64,000 nucleotides of DNA from positions 69,792,245-69,856,244 of the forward strand of contig NC_068988.1 in NCBI RefSeq assembly GCF_001194135.2. Direction: 5' to 3'. The notes beneath the pieces are model-generated. The model did not search any database, had not been told where the DNA came from, and was given only the letters and a program-made list of their open reading frames with translations. Positions 11,120 to 24,504 of this stretch are shown here, in pieces. This DNA is from Octopus bimaculoides (taxonomy: Eukaryota). The position numbers were made by a program, and so were the translations under genes. How positions within the stretch are numbered: the stretch's first letter is position 1; each line of letters opens with the position of its first letter.

Positions 11120-12574
11120 NNNNNNNNNNNNNNNNNNNNNNNNNNNNNNNNNNNNNNNNNNNNNNNNNNNNNNNNNNNNNNNNNNNNNNNNNNNNNNNNN
11201 NNNNNNNNNNNNNNNNNNNNNNNNNNNNNNNNNNNNNNNNNNNNNNNNNNNNNNNNNNNNNNNNNNNNNNNNNNNNNNNNNNNNNNNNNNNNNNNNNNNN
11301 NNNNNNNNNNNNNNNNNNNNNNNNNNNNNNNNNNNNNNNNNNNNNNNNNNNNNNNNNNNNNNNNNNNNNNNNNNNNNNNNNNNNNNNNNNNNNNNNNNNN
11401 NNNNNNNNNNNNNNNNNNNNNNNNNNNNNNNNNNNNNNNNNNNNNNNNNNNNNNNNNNNNNNNNNNNNNNATATATATATATATAACCACTTTCTACAAT
11501 ATGTTCCAGATTTTTCCATTCTGTTCTAGTTTATCCATATATACATATTGTCATAGTTCTAAGGATTTAAATTAATTTTAAATTGCTTATTGTGTAATCT
11601 AGATCAGAAATACTTTGCCTTAGATTAGTTGTATAGCGTAATACATATGCTTATCTGTTTATTGTATAAATAATAATAACGATGATTTCTTTTATATGCG
11701 ACAGGGCATCTGATGAGGAGGACTACAAGGATATATTAAAAAATTATATATATATTATTAAAAAATAAATGGGGAGAAATGAGATAAAACTACACACAAT
11801 ATGCAAAATATGTAAATGCAAACATGAAGCAATGTTTTCTAGGAGATCCCAAGCAACGGCACAGTTTCTGGATTACCCTGACCACTAACGACACAAGTTT
11901 TCACCCAACTGTTGTGCTCCAATCAATTGGTGCATGCTTAACGTTGTTCAATTCTCATATATATTATTTTCACCAGAGTCACCATCTTTTGACAATTCAC
12001 TAGCAGAGAGTGTGTCTCTCTACCTTCATTTACCTTTCCAAAGAGAACCTGTAAATTGATGAATGTTTCATTGAAGAGGAAGGTGTCTGCCTGCAGTCAT
12101 TTCATTTCACCCACTGCAAGACCTCCTATGCCATAGCCACAAAACTGAGGAACACTGCTTGCTCAGCCTTGTTAATGAATGGTGGTGAGACAATCTTCAC
12201 AATGTACTAAGCCAATAGGCAGTTCTACAGAGGTGGCTAAAATTTTAGAACATAGTCTGGAACTTAGAATTTTATATCAAATACCCAAAGATATTTTAAT
12301 CTGCAATACATTATTACTTGGCCAAAAGTTTGGAACATAGGTCTGAAAATGTTTTCTCCTAGATATTGAACCATTGGATCAGTTATTAGGTAAGTATACC
12401 TCAACATTGTATATATTTGAATTGAATAGTACTTGGTCATAACAATTTTTACTTTTTAAAAAATGTTCCAAACTGCTGCTTATATGCCACAACAGCCAAT
12501 CAACAATAGTCTACAAATCAGTAATGCTCAATACAACAGAAGTGCATACAGTGCAACTGAGTTGTTTTATGATT

Positions 12575-12720
12575 ATGGCTGTGTGGTAAGTAGCTTGCTT
12601 ACCAACCACATGGTTCTGGGTTCAGTTCCACTGCATGGGACCTTGGGCAAGTGTCTTCTACTATAGCCTCAGGCTGACCAAAGCCTTGTGAGACAGAAAC
12701 TGAAAGAAGCTTCTCATATA
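12575..12720 (+). mobile_element. Major tRNA-headed SINE, 5' part (runs into an N gap)
   Basis: ggctgtgtggtaagtagcttgcttaccaaccacatggttctgggttcagttccactgcatgggaccttgggcaagtgtcttctactatagcc. Confidence 0.85.
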
Positions 12721-13072
12721 NNNNNNNNNNNNNNNNNNNNNNNNNNNNNNNNNNNNNNNNNNNNNNNNNNNNNNNNNNNNNNNNNNNNNNNNNNNNNNNN
12801 NNNNNNNNNNNNNNNNNNNNNNNNNNNNNNNNNNNNNNNNNNNNNNNNNNNNNNNNNNNNNNNNNNNNNNNNNNNNNNNNNNNNNNNNNNNNNNNNNNNN
12901 NNNNNNNNNNNNNNNNNNNNNNNNNNNNNNNNNNNNNNNNNNNNNNNNNNNNNNNNNNNNNNNNNNNNNNNNNNNNNNNNNNNNNNNNNNNNNNNNNNNN
13001 NNNNNNNNNNNNNNNNNNNNNNNNNNNNNNNNNNNNNNNNNNNNNNNNNNNNNNNNNNNNNNNNNNNNNNNN

Positions 13073-13868
13073 GCACACACATACAGTTGCTCCCTCACAC
13101 ACACACGCACCACAAGGACAATTCAAACACAAACATACTTAGAGACACACACATAACACCCCCACCAACACACAACACAAATAGACATACGCACACATAC
13201 AGACATACACATACATATGAACCATCACACACACATACGGTTGCTTACACACACACACACACCACAAGGGTATTTAAAGAAACACACTCACTCAGACAGA
13301 GACACACACACAGGCTCACGTACACACACACTCCCACACTCCCACGCACACACACAGATGCACACATACATACACACACAGACGCACACATATGTACACA
13401 CCCTCACACATACATACGGTTNNNNNNNNNNACACACAGACGCACACATATGTACACACCCTCACACATACATACGGTTGCTCTCTCTCACACACACACA
13501 CCACAAGAACGATTAAAACAACACATACATACTTAGACCAAGAGATATACGCACACTCTCACGTACACACGCCTAACATCGCCACCGACACAAAAAACAC
13601 ACAAACACACATATACACGCACTCACGAACGCACACACATGAACAAACACATACACACACATGCGCACACACAACACCCTAACAAATACCAATCACACAC
13701 ATACACACAGATGTGCACACATATACACACACCATCCTACCATAGATAAAACACACACATACTCATATACACATTCCACAATAAACTCTGGGACCAATAA
13801 AAATGGCACACACACACACACACACGGACACAAACACACATATATACACACATACATAGAGATGTGCA
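13073..13868. repeat. Long degenerate (CA)-rich low-complexity tract
   Basis: Interrupted CA/CATA repeats bounded by N gaps. Confidence 0.9.
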
Positions 13869-14704
13869 NNNNNNNNNNNNNNNNNNNNNNNNNNNNNNNN
13901 NNNNNNNNNNNNNNNNNNNNNNNNNNNNNNNNNNNNNNNNNNNNNNNNNNNNNNNNNNNNNNNNNNNNNNNNNNNNNNNNNNNNNNNNNNNNNNNNNNNN
14001 NNNNNNNNNNNNNNNNNNNNNNNNNNNNNNNNNNNNNNNNNNNNNNNNNNNNNNNNNNNNNNNNNNNNNNNNNNNNNNNNNNNNNNNNNNNNNNNNNNNN
14101 NNNNNNNNNNNNNNNNNNNNNNNNNNNNNNNNNNNNNNNNNNNNNNNNNNNNNNNNNNNNNNNNNNNNNNNNNNNNNNNNNNNNNNNNNNNNNNNNNNNN
14201 NNNNNNNNNNNNNNNNNNNNNNNNNNNNNNNNNNNNNNNNNNNNNNNNNNNNNNNNNNNNNNNNNNNNNNNNNNNNNNNNNNNNNNNNNNNNNNNNNNNN
14301 NNNNNNNNNNNNNNNNNNNNNNNNNNNNNNNNNNNNNNNNNNNNNNNNNNNNNNNNNNNNNNNNNNNNNNNNNNNNNNNNNNNNNNNNNNNNNNNNNNNN
14401 NNNNNNNNNNNNNNNNNNNNNNNNNNNNNNNNNNNNNNNNNNNNNNNNNNNNNNNNNNNNNNNNNNNNNNNNNNNNNNNNNNNNNNNNNNNNNNNNNNNN
14501 NNNNNNNNNNNNNNNNNNNNNNNNNNNNNNNNNNNNNNNNNNNNNNNNNNNNNNNNNNNNNNNNNNNNNNNNNNNNNNNNNNNNNNNNNNNNNNNNNNNN
14601 NNNNNNNNNNNNNNNNNNNNNNNNNNNNNNNNNNNNNNNNNNNNNNNNNATATATATCTATATATATATCTATATATATATCTATATATATATCTATATA
14701 TATA

Positions 14705-14744
<40 letters not shown>

Positions 14745-14748
14745 TTAG

Positions 14749-14784
<36 letters not shown>

Positions 14785-14789
14785 GTATA

Positions 14790-15000
14790 TGTTTTTGTGC
14801 CTATGTTTTTTCCCCCTATCCCATCATTGCTTGATAACCAATGCTGGTGTGTTTACATCCCAATAACTTAGCGGTTCAGCAAAAGAGACCAATACAATAA
14901 GTACTAGGCTTACAAGGAATAAGTCCTGGGGTCGATTTGCTCAACTAAAGATGGTGCTCTAGCATGACCACAGTCAAATGACTGAAACAAATAGAAAGAA
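14790..15000 (+). mobile_element. Major SINE, 3' half
   Basis: gcttgataaccaatgctggtgtgtttacatcc..gtactaggcttacaaggaataagtcctggggtcgatt..gtcaaatgactgaaacaaa. Confidence 0.85.
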
Positions 15001-15016
15001 AAACGTAGAATATATA

Positions 15017-15151
15017 CTGACAGAGACTATAATCGTCTGAAAACACAGATCGAGAATTCCCTATACTGACTGGTCAGTTTCAGCAATTTTTGTTGCCTCA
15101 CCAGTAAGGACCACTTGACTTTGGTTGAGTCTGGACTGAGTTCTCTGTCAG
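15017..15151. mobile_element. 135-bp TA-flanked MITE-like element
   Basis: atatatactgacagaga (15010-15026) and tctctgtcagtatatat (15142-15158) form a perfect 17-bp inverted repeat including the flanking TA. Confidence 0.6.
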
Positions 15152-15452
15152 TATATATGTTTACACCATGAAAATCTGTTGTAAATCTTGGCCATCAATG
15201 GAATGAAACTATTTGATTGATGTAAAATGATGTGTGTCCTTAAGAACAGTGGTTCTGGTTTATAGAACTTTAGTTTTAACCTACTGGAAGAAACGTCCAC
15301 ACTATCAATGGAGCTAAAAAGGTGTTCAAATACATGATTATTGATAGTAATTTTAAATGATATTATATGAATATAAAAATATTGCAACCCAATGATGATG
15401 TGTGATGTAGAAACATATATTACATAATTAAATCTTATGAATTTCCATCCTC

Positions 15453-15488
<36 letters not shown>

Positions 15489-16384
15489 CAATCCAAAGCA
15501 GAAAAGAATTTCACATATATACCCATACCAGTGGATTACCCCAGGTGGTGGAATTAACATGTGGTAGCTGACAAGATGCCTAAGAGCTTTTAAGCACCTG
15601 TTACAAGGCTTTTGCCGAAATTAAACTAAATGTATATATGTGCATATATACACAAGCATACATGATTGCTCAGAAATAAATAGTACAATACAGCACAATG
15701 ATTGAAACAAGTTTTCATTAAAAGAAATAAAACATGAAAGATTACTGATTAGGTTTATTGAAGGCACTCCACGATTCTGTTTGCTTAACCATTTCTCAAC
15801 GTGTAAGCATTACTGAGGCACCAGTGAAGATGCTTTAAAACATTTGGTGTTGAAAAACACTAATGTTTTGAATGTAATCTCTCTTATGTTTGGTCCAATT
15901 TCTTAGTTTTAATTTTACTAAAACTTTATCTTTTGCATATTGTTTATATTCTGAACTTAATTGTTTTTGTGTCACTATTACTTCTTCAGAAAGTCTGTGG
16001 CACCACAGATGTGTAATGTTGTCTGTTCACTGATTGGTTTTCAATGAACAGTGAATATGAGTTAGTTTTTTGTTCTCTCCATTTTCTTTATTATTTTCAT
16101 AAGGAGGGATTTCATTGTTGTTTAAACAAATTATTCCTCCTCATCTATTTTCAAGATTTATGCTGATTCTTCTTTTTCTTTTTTCTCTTCTCTTATTTTA
16201 CCAGCCTTTTATTAATTTTCCCCTTCAATTTTTATTATTGTTTCTTCCTCATCACACAATAAAGGTGTCGTACTATGGATTGGTGCTGTTAGGGAATGAA
16301 GTATTAGCTCAGCTATTTCGGAAATTGGGTATATAGAGATTTATTAAGATATTGGTATAAAGAGATACCTACCCTAGAATGGGT

Positions 16385-16450
16385 TGGTAGGTAGGTAAGT
16401 AGGTAGGCATGTAAGTAGGTAGGTAGGTAGGTAGGTAGGTAGGTAGGTAG
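16385..16450. repeat. (TAGG)n tetranucleotide microsatellite
   Basis: Direct reading of the sequence. Confidence 0.95.
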
Positions 16451-17884
16451 GAGATTCAGGATTGGAAAACCCATCCAAACAATACTCGATTGTCAGATGT
16501 ACAGCTTTGAACCATTGCACAAATGGAGTTACCAAGATCACAGAAAGTGTGATTTGGTGGAGAGATAGAATATACCAAGTTGTACATTCGCCATCCTGTA
16601 CAGATCGGTGTAACTGGTTCACACAATTTGTTAAATGGTTTCAACAGTTTTATTCATAATGTTGTTTATGGCAGTTTCAGAATAGCTCACCCACATAAAT
16701 TAGATTTACTCCATTTTCACAGAGGATTTTCCCTGCCTAGCACTTCAAAATAAGGCATGAAAAAAAAAATTTTAGAAAATCTATAATTTTCTGTTTCCTG
16801 CCTCTCCCCACCAATTTTAAATCTACAATTTCAGAACATTGCAACCCACCCCTGCCCTTACCACAGTGATCACAGTCTTTTACTTTTTCAGTCATTAAAT
16901 TGTGGCCATGCTGGGGCACCATAACAATTTTTTGCCTCTTTTCCTTTATGACACACAAAATGAAATGTAGTCTTTTCCTTTTTGCTTTCAAACTTTTCTA
17001 TTTGACACAAACAAAAAAAATAAACGATTTTAAAAACAATAGTGAAACCATATTTACCCTGTATTCATGAAATTTTGGTCTGGTGAATATTTTTGCATGC
17101 CATCTTATTACAGTGTTGTTTATGACAGAATTTCAAAATAGTTCAGAAAATGTAGATAAAGAAATACAAGTCAACTTAAGTACCAGATATTTTCTGTTGC
17201 TGTCAGTGTTGGAAATTTTAAAATTAAGTAAAATTTTCAAATTTGGTATATTGATATAATTTTTCATGCTAAGTCTGGTGTTGTTATTCACTTGTTCCAG
17301 AAAAAGTTAATAAAACTTTTACAGACGTTTAAAGTTAAGATTATTTTTACCAGTCAGAAAACAGGATTTGGAAGTTGGCATTTTGTGAGTGATGACAACA
17401 TTATGACAACAAAACATTCAACGACAGAAGTTTTAATAAGGTTTTTATGATGTTTTTTTTTGTGTGTGCACGTGTGATGCATGTAAACAACAGAAAAAGG
17501 AAAAATACACAATGAAATTTTTTTTTTGTATTTATGTCTTGAGAAGACTTCTGTCTATCTCATCAATCTTCCCAGGATCTGAACTGGGTTTCAGAGCAGA
17601 TCCTCTGCACAAATTTCACAAACAAACATTGCTGTTGCAATCAACAGCTGTGCAATAGCAAGCAGACAAAATCTTGGCCTGTTACTATGGAAACAAGTAC
17701 CAATATGTCTGTGGCTAAAATTACCAAGAATTTGCAAAGTTTAAAAGCTATTAAATTTTTATTTATTAATTTACAGCAAAAATTAATTTCATTTCCATAG
17801 TTAGCATACAAAACTACATCTTATATATGCCACTTGTCCATAGAAATGTTTCTCAATCAATTTTGTCCTCAAACTCACCTAATT

Positions 17885-18560
17885 GGTACCTGCTATTTAC
17901 AGTAGATTAATATTCGAGGTATCTTTTCGCCTTTGCATTCAGATATTTGTTATCAGACATAATGATAGACCATCTGCTATCACTATTTGCCAACTTCAAG
18001 TCATCTTCTCATCTACATTTAGATCACAGGATACAATGTAAGAGTAAAAAGGCAGAAGAATTTCTGAAAAGAAATAGTGTTAGTAAGAAGCACACACCAC
18101 CATACTCACCCCAAGGCAATGGCCAGTGTGCGCATACTAATGGTACTTTGCAACAAGCTGTCAAACAAGCCTTTCAAAATCTCAGTTGAGGCCCAAAACG
18201 TTGAGAAGATATTTTACCTATTACACTTTCTTCTCTTCAGTGTTCACTTTGTATGGCTACTAACCAGATTCTTCATGAAAGGTTCTTGAGATTTCCAAGA
18301 CAATCTGTCATCACTCAATCTCTTATGGAATTTCTGCAACAAACGGGGAATACTCTTCTACATAGAAAACATTCTATATTGAAAAAAGATTGGGTTCAGA
18401 AGATAACTCTCAATGAAATTATCTCACTTCAATTTGCCAGAGTGAAGTTCAGTGATAACCACACAGATACAGTCTCAACCCGGATTCTAGGGCCATTTCT
18501 CATGGATCTGGATCCAGAATAGTTAGCATTGTCATCTCCCAGTCATCACTCTCTACAACT
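17885..18560 (+). mobile_element. Ty3/Gypsy integrase remnant
   Basis: YLLFTVD*YSRYLFAF..LLSLFANFKSSSHLHLDH..EFLKRNSVSKKHTPPYSPQGNGQCAHTNGTL is a degenerate integrase core; ARVKFSDNHTDTVSTRILGP matches the integrase C-terminus. Confidence 0.75.
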
Positions 18561-19954
18561 TGCTTCCAGCTATGGATAATCGGAGTTGCTAAAAGACAAT
18601 CAACCACACATGTCAGAGAAACTAGAAGACGATAATGGATGCAGACCATGAGCTGCAAGTAAAGCAAGACGACTTCCTCAACCTGTTTTAGCTGAAACCA
18701 GTGTTACTGATGACAACTCAGTTAGAATCTCCCAGGTAGTTAGAGAAATATGCAAACCCAAATAGTTACAGGACTACTGCATGAATTATCAGATCTTTTG
18801 CCAGTGGAGAAGACTGCCTCTATTGCATTTGAAGTACTTACAATTCAAGACATTAGTTCCAAAGTTGAAATTTCTCCCACAATCCTTCAATATATTCAGC
18901 CATAAAAACTAATCATTGGCATACAGACGTTCTCACAGACAACTGTCTTAAACTCTTCTGTTAGGGCCTGGAGAACCTATGTGTATATTTGTGTGCATAT
19001 ATGTAAGATTGTATGCATTCATACGTGTATCTAAGTATCTATGTATGTAACTACCAATGCATATATGGGTCTATGTATATTAAATCAATACAGATCAGTT
19101 AATGTTACTTACAGGAAAAGGAAGCAGACCTTCTGGAGATATCAGCTGTGAATGAATGACATCCTATCCTGGGGTAATTGTATCAACTATATATATATTT
19201 AACAGTATAAAAGTGGAACTAAAATCCATTTATGATCTTTCTCTCTCTCTCTCTCTTTGTATGTATATGCACCTGCATATAGACATTCATACACACTCGA
19301 CTGGTAAATAAATAGATATAGTACTTTTATATTTTCTTCTTGAGCTTGAATACCAGACTGGTGATTTTTGAATATTATCAAAAATCTAACAATGTTGTAG
19401 TAAGAAACACCTTCTTGAAGGAATGATGGCTTTTACAAAATTCCTTTCAGTTTAAGTACGATAACAAGTTTGAAGTTTATAAAAGTCACTTAGCTGGTAC
19501 TGATAAAATTTTTTCCAGTAGAAGACAATCCGAACTGAAGCTATGAATTCAAAATTGAAAATTGATCTGAAATTGAGTCAATTTTGTTACATCACTTACA
19601 CTTGGAAATCTATGTTTGTATTTTTGGGTCTACAGAAAGACAGACAAAAAGAATCTCTACACAAAATCAAAATAATCACAGACACAAATACATTTTAAAA
19701 ATCCAATAAATTTATGAAAGTGGAACTCTATCCTGTTGTTTCTGATATCAAAAATTTTGTGAAATGCATGGTGTAAGAGACATTGTAGTTTGTTTGGACT
19801 CTTACAGAAACGTATAACAGTGTGGCCAAGAAGTTTGCTTTGCTTTGCAACAATGTTGTTCTGGATTTGATCCCATAGTGTGGAGCCATATATATAGCTT
19901 CATTACATATGTATAAATATTCTCATAACTGGCACTCTGTAGGTTACAACAATG

Positions 19955-20240
19955 AGGATTCCAGTTGATCTGATCAACAGAATAGCCTGCACATGAAATT
20001 AATGTGCAAATGGTTGAACACTCCACAGACCTTAACATAGTTCTCATTGAGTTTCAGTATGACACAGAATGTGACAAGGCTGGTCCCTTTGAAATACATG
20101 TACTACTCACCTTTGCCAGCTTAGTGGACTGAAGCAATGTAAAATAAAGTGTCTTGCTCAAGGACAAGGTGTGCTGCCAATAATCAAGCTCATGACTTTA
20201 TGGTCACGAGCCAAATACTCTAGCCACTAAGCCATGCGCC
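19955..20240 (-). mobile_element. Old tRNA-headed SINE sharing its 3' body with the 34958 and 52847 SINEs
   Basis: ttccagttgatctgatcaacagaatagcctgc..gtgacaaggctggtccctttgaaatac; the minus-strand head begins ggcgcatggcttagtggctagag. Confidence 0.65.
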
Positions 20241-20458
20241 ATCACTCCCTAGCCTCATTATATATATATATATTTCATCCCAGCCAAACCTAACTGAGCT
20301 GAGCTATAATCTTTAGGCAGTTCAGTCATGCCCATCTTGTCTTTTTAGAACTAACTACATTAGTTAGTAGTTAACAGTTATTGGCTCCTTACTGAACAGT
20401 AAATTATCAATGGTATCAGGCAAAGAAATTGTTGTCAATATTTCAAAATCTGACACCT

Positions 20459-20492
<34 letters not shown>

Positions 20493-22176
20493 CAGCAGCA
20501 GCATTAAAATGAGCTGATTAACCTGAGATCATTCCTGATCCAAGAGGCCGATGATTGCAGTCATGGATATTTTGATCTTTATTTTATAAATATGCTATCT
20601 CAAAAATCAAAAGACACATTGAATAATGTAGGCTTCGATTCTTTCTGGAAAGATGAATAAAAACATAGAGGACAAGGCTAGAATGTACATATTTATACAT
20701 CTACATTGGTACAGCTGACCTTTGGTCAAACACTAGTGTTAACTAAAAAACATAGTGTAGTAAGTTTTGAACCAATGAAACTTCAGATTAAAACTCTGAC
20801 ATAAAGCTCAAAACTAGACTGAGATTAGCTGTAATTCAATTCAAACCTTCTTAAAATCATAAATTATTTCCTTTATCAACAACAAATACCTTTATCTTCT
20901 ACCCACTCTCATTCTTTGCTCTAATAAATTAGTATTTTCTTTCACAACAATTTAACTCTGATTTCTTCTCAAATATCCATTCCTGGAGTTCTCTATCAAC
21001 AAAGCATGATATAACTTGTATAACTGGTTCTGTTCTGTAAAAATAACTGGTTTAATGTCTGAAATTGTAAACCAGTCATTTTGCCTGTTTAAAACAAGAC
21101 ATCTGTTCCTTTAACAATACTTGTTTTATCAAGAGATATTTACTCTTGCCTTCCCTAAACATCATACTTAGTCAAAACGATACAGAAAACAAGAAGCAAT
21201 TTCCTACTGTCCAGTCATTCTAAATTTGCTCCACCTTCTCCTCCTCCTCCTCCTATTGCTCTCTCACCCATAACAGCCCCTATATAAAGACAACAATTGG
21301 GAACTGCTGGCTATTCATTTCAGAGGAAACCTAGGCTTTTCATACATCTTCATTAATGGTTTTCATAAAGCAATGTCAATTAGAAAATCTTCCTTCTTTT
21401 CTATATCAACAATGGATGCTTGCTCTAAAATGTTAAACTAAAAGTTATCTATGTTAAACTCTTACACTGGAGGTGTGTGTGTGTCTGTACGTCTGTAAAT
21501 ATGTACATGTATGCATGTTTGTGTATGTGTGTGTATGTACATATATATGTGTGTGTCTGTGTGTGTGTATGCTATTGTGTATAGAAATATACACACACAA
21601 TAGGTGCAGGAATAGCTTCATGGTTAAAAAGTTTGCTTCCTAGCCACATTGTTTCAGGTTCAGTCCTACGGTACAGTGTCTTGCGAAAGTGTCCTCTACT
21701 TAAGCACAGAGCCAACCTAAGTCATGTATTTGAAGCTGGTAAACAGAAACTGAAAGAGATCTTTAATATATATAACAGAGGACAAAGATTTTGTCTTACT
21801 TTTCTTTACTTTCTTTTTGTTCTACTTTTTGCATCAATCTTTGCATTTTTCTTCTCATTCTTTTATCATGTTTTCTCAAAGACCAGAATCCTGGTTTTTA
21901 AATACATCTAGTGTTATGAAGTGAGCATGAAAGATTGCTTGGAGATACATGGCATGTTATATAAATCTACCAAGTTAATTTATCTTAAAGCATGAAACTG
22001 TAAATAGCACTTGTAATTGTATATATTAAATTACATTTATCACTCAACGGATGGAATACTTTTTGCTGAGCCAACCTATAATGGAACTGTAAATCATATA
22101 GATATGTGTGTGTATATGTGTATAAACAAAAAAAAAAAAAAATCAGGAGGAATGATTTATTTATTTATTTATTTAC

Positions 22177-22318
22177 TGCATGGTAAGTAGCTTGCTTACC
22201 AACCACATGGTTCCGGGTTCAGTCCCACTGCATGGCACCTTGGGCAAGTGTCTTCTACTATAGCCTCGGGCCGACCAAAGCCTTGTGAGTGGATTTGGTA
22301 GACGGAAANNNNNNNNNN

Positions 22319-22349
<31 letters not shown>

Positions 22350-22560
22350 GTGTTTGTGTGTCTGTGTTTGTCCCCCCACCATCGCTTGACAACCGATGCT
22401 AGTGTGTTTACGTCCCCGTAACTTAGCAGTTAGGCAAAAAGAGACCGATAGAATAAGTACTAGGCTTACAAAGAATAAGTCCTGGGGTCAATTTTTTCGA
22501 CTAAAGGCAGTGCTCCAGCATGGCCGCAATCAAATGACTGAAACAAGTAAAAACAGTAAA
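22177..22560 (+). mobile_element. Major tRNA-headed SINE, near full length
   Basis: Head, CORE-like block, internal TA/TG array with a 10-N gap and 3' tail; CpGs largely intact. Confidence 0.9.
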
Positions 22561-22859
22561 GAGAGAGTATCTACTTAATCACTTGACATGCTTAGGATTA
22601 CGACTATTTCAAAGTCTTTTTTAAGCAGTCATAATTTCAGTGCAGAATAAAATTATGCTTACATGTTTGCCTTAATAATTATCCTCCACACTATACAATA
22701 CAATTTTATATTCACAAATCAATGCAAATAAAGAAAGCTAGCTCATCAGATCACCAGAACATCATGGTTACACCATGATTCAACTACTGACCATGCATAT
22801 TAATGTGACAAAAAATCCCCTCCTCCAATGCCCCCATTCCTCTCAAAATTCTTGCAAGT

Positions 22860-23120
22860 TATTTGGTGACCCTGTGATGCTGGTGCCACGTAAAAAGCAT
22901 CCAGTCCACACTGTAAAGTGGTTGGCATTTGAAAGGGCATCTAACTGTAAAAATCATGCCAAAACTGACCTCACCTGTAAAAGCACTTAGTCCACTCTGC
23001 AGAGTGGTTGGTGTTAGGCAATTACATCCAGCCGTAAAAACCCTGCCAAAACATACACAGTAGTCTGGGGGTAGTCTTCTACCTGGCCAGCTCCTGTCAA
23101 CTGTCTTACCCATGCATGGA
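22860..23120 (+). mobile_element. RTE 3'-UTR-derived repeat (similar pieces near 24670-24730, 30100-30310 minus, 50258-50423, 61740-61945)
   Basis: Recurrent motif ggttggcattaggaagggcatccagccgtagaaac..aacccatgctagcatggaaagcggacgttaaa(tga)n, also present in the 3' UTR of the RTE at 1172-1865. Confidence 0.7.
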
Positions 23121-24504
23121 TTGAGGGAGAGAGAGGTACAAGAAAGAAGACAAAACAGGTGTGTTGATGCAAAAGAGATACTTGGTTACCTAGCCAGAGG
23201 GAAATGCAAGAGACGAAGAGAGAGAGAGAGTGATCAAGATGAAAGATGGATGTTAAACAATGATGATGATGATGATGTACTGGGATCTCTTTTCATGCCG
23301 CCAGCACTAGTGAAGTTTCCATCCAAATCACAACACTACAAACCCTGAGTGGGTGAGGATGAGGCTCTATGCTAGGAGACAAGAGGTTAAAGTGTAAGAG
23401 AAGGGAACAGAGCAGGGTTTATTATTTTTTTTTGTTGTAGAGGAGCTACATGACAACTCACATTTAGAAGAGAGGCTGAGAATGATCAGGTGGTAATGCA
23501 AAGAAATGAATAGTGGTGATGTGGTTCCAGTGACCCCTTCAAGGTATGAGATGAGTGGACTCAAAGGAAACTAGAATAAGATGATAAGAAGAGGGAAAGA
23601 GAGGTAGGCAGCAACTATAAAGAGTAGGAAAGAATGAAGGGTGTATGTTGAGGATGGGTGGTAAGAAGCAGATGACCTACGATGCATGAGTGGGAGGTGA
23701 GTAGAGTCAATATCGTTAAATTTGACTATTTTTCAATGACTTAAAGTTTCATATCATTAAGACATTCATCAGATGGCATATTAACAATGATGTATTTGGA
23801 AAACATGACAGAAGTCCAACTGGAATTTTGATCAGTTCTATTCATATGAATTTTATGTAACCTCAAATATAGGCTGATAAATCTTGTGAAATTGTGCTGT
23901 TAGTAAACACATTATAAACATCAACAAAAGAAATGCTGTCAGCCTTGAACCAATCAGCTATACCAATGTTACAGGTGACTGGTTTAAGAACAAAATTTGA
24001 TGCACATTGATTTAATTCAACATTGCAGAGTTCTACATAGAAATTTGCAACTTCTTCTTGCCAAGCCATTGGTATTAAGAAAGATACAGCACCGACAGTT
24101 ATAATGACATTGAGATGAAAATGCATAAGAGGAAATCCTTGCTTTTCAATGAATGTGTAAATGAAAAAGTAACCAATTCATTTGGTATCAATATTGGCAG
24201 CTAGAACTGAACTAAATGGATTTTACAACTTAGATATACTAAAAATAATATTAAAAACTCTAGACGTAGAGCTTTTTAGAGTTAATTTTCCTACTGTTGC
24301 ACATTACATAAAACCTATACATGAGATCAGTATAGGAAAGAATTGGTTTAATGGTTTGGCTTTTCATATTATAGTCAAAACCAACTTAAGCTTAGTTAAC
24401 TTTCAACATATAAGTGGATCAGGAGACTAATAAAAACCAAACTAGAATCTCATGGGCATAAAGATTCTATTCACCTTCCAATATATTTTAAAAGTTTAGC
24501 AATT

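Noticed and set aside
11705-11730. CTGATGAG hammerhead-like core
   Set aside because: No stem II and no GAAA follow.
21281-21289. TATATAAAG TATA-box match after a CT-rich tract
   Set aside because: Expected by chance in AT-rich DNA; no downstream exon or ORF support.
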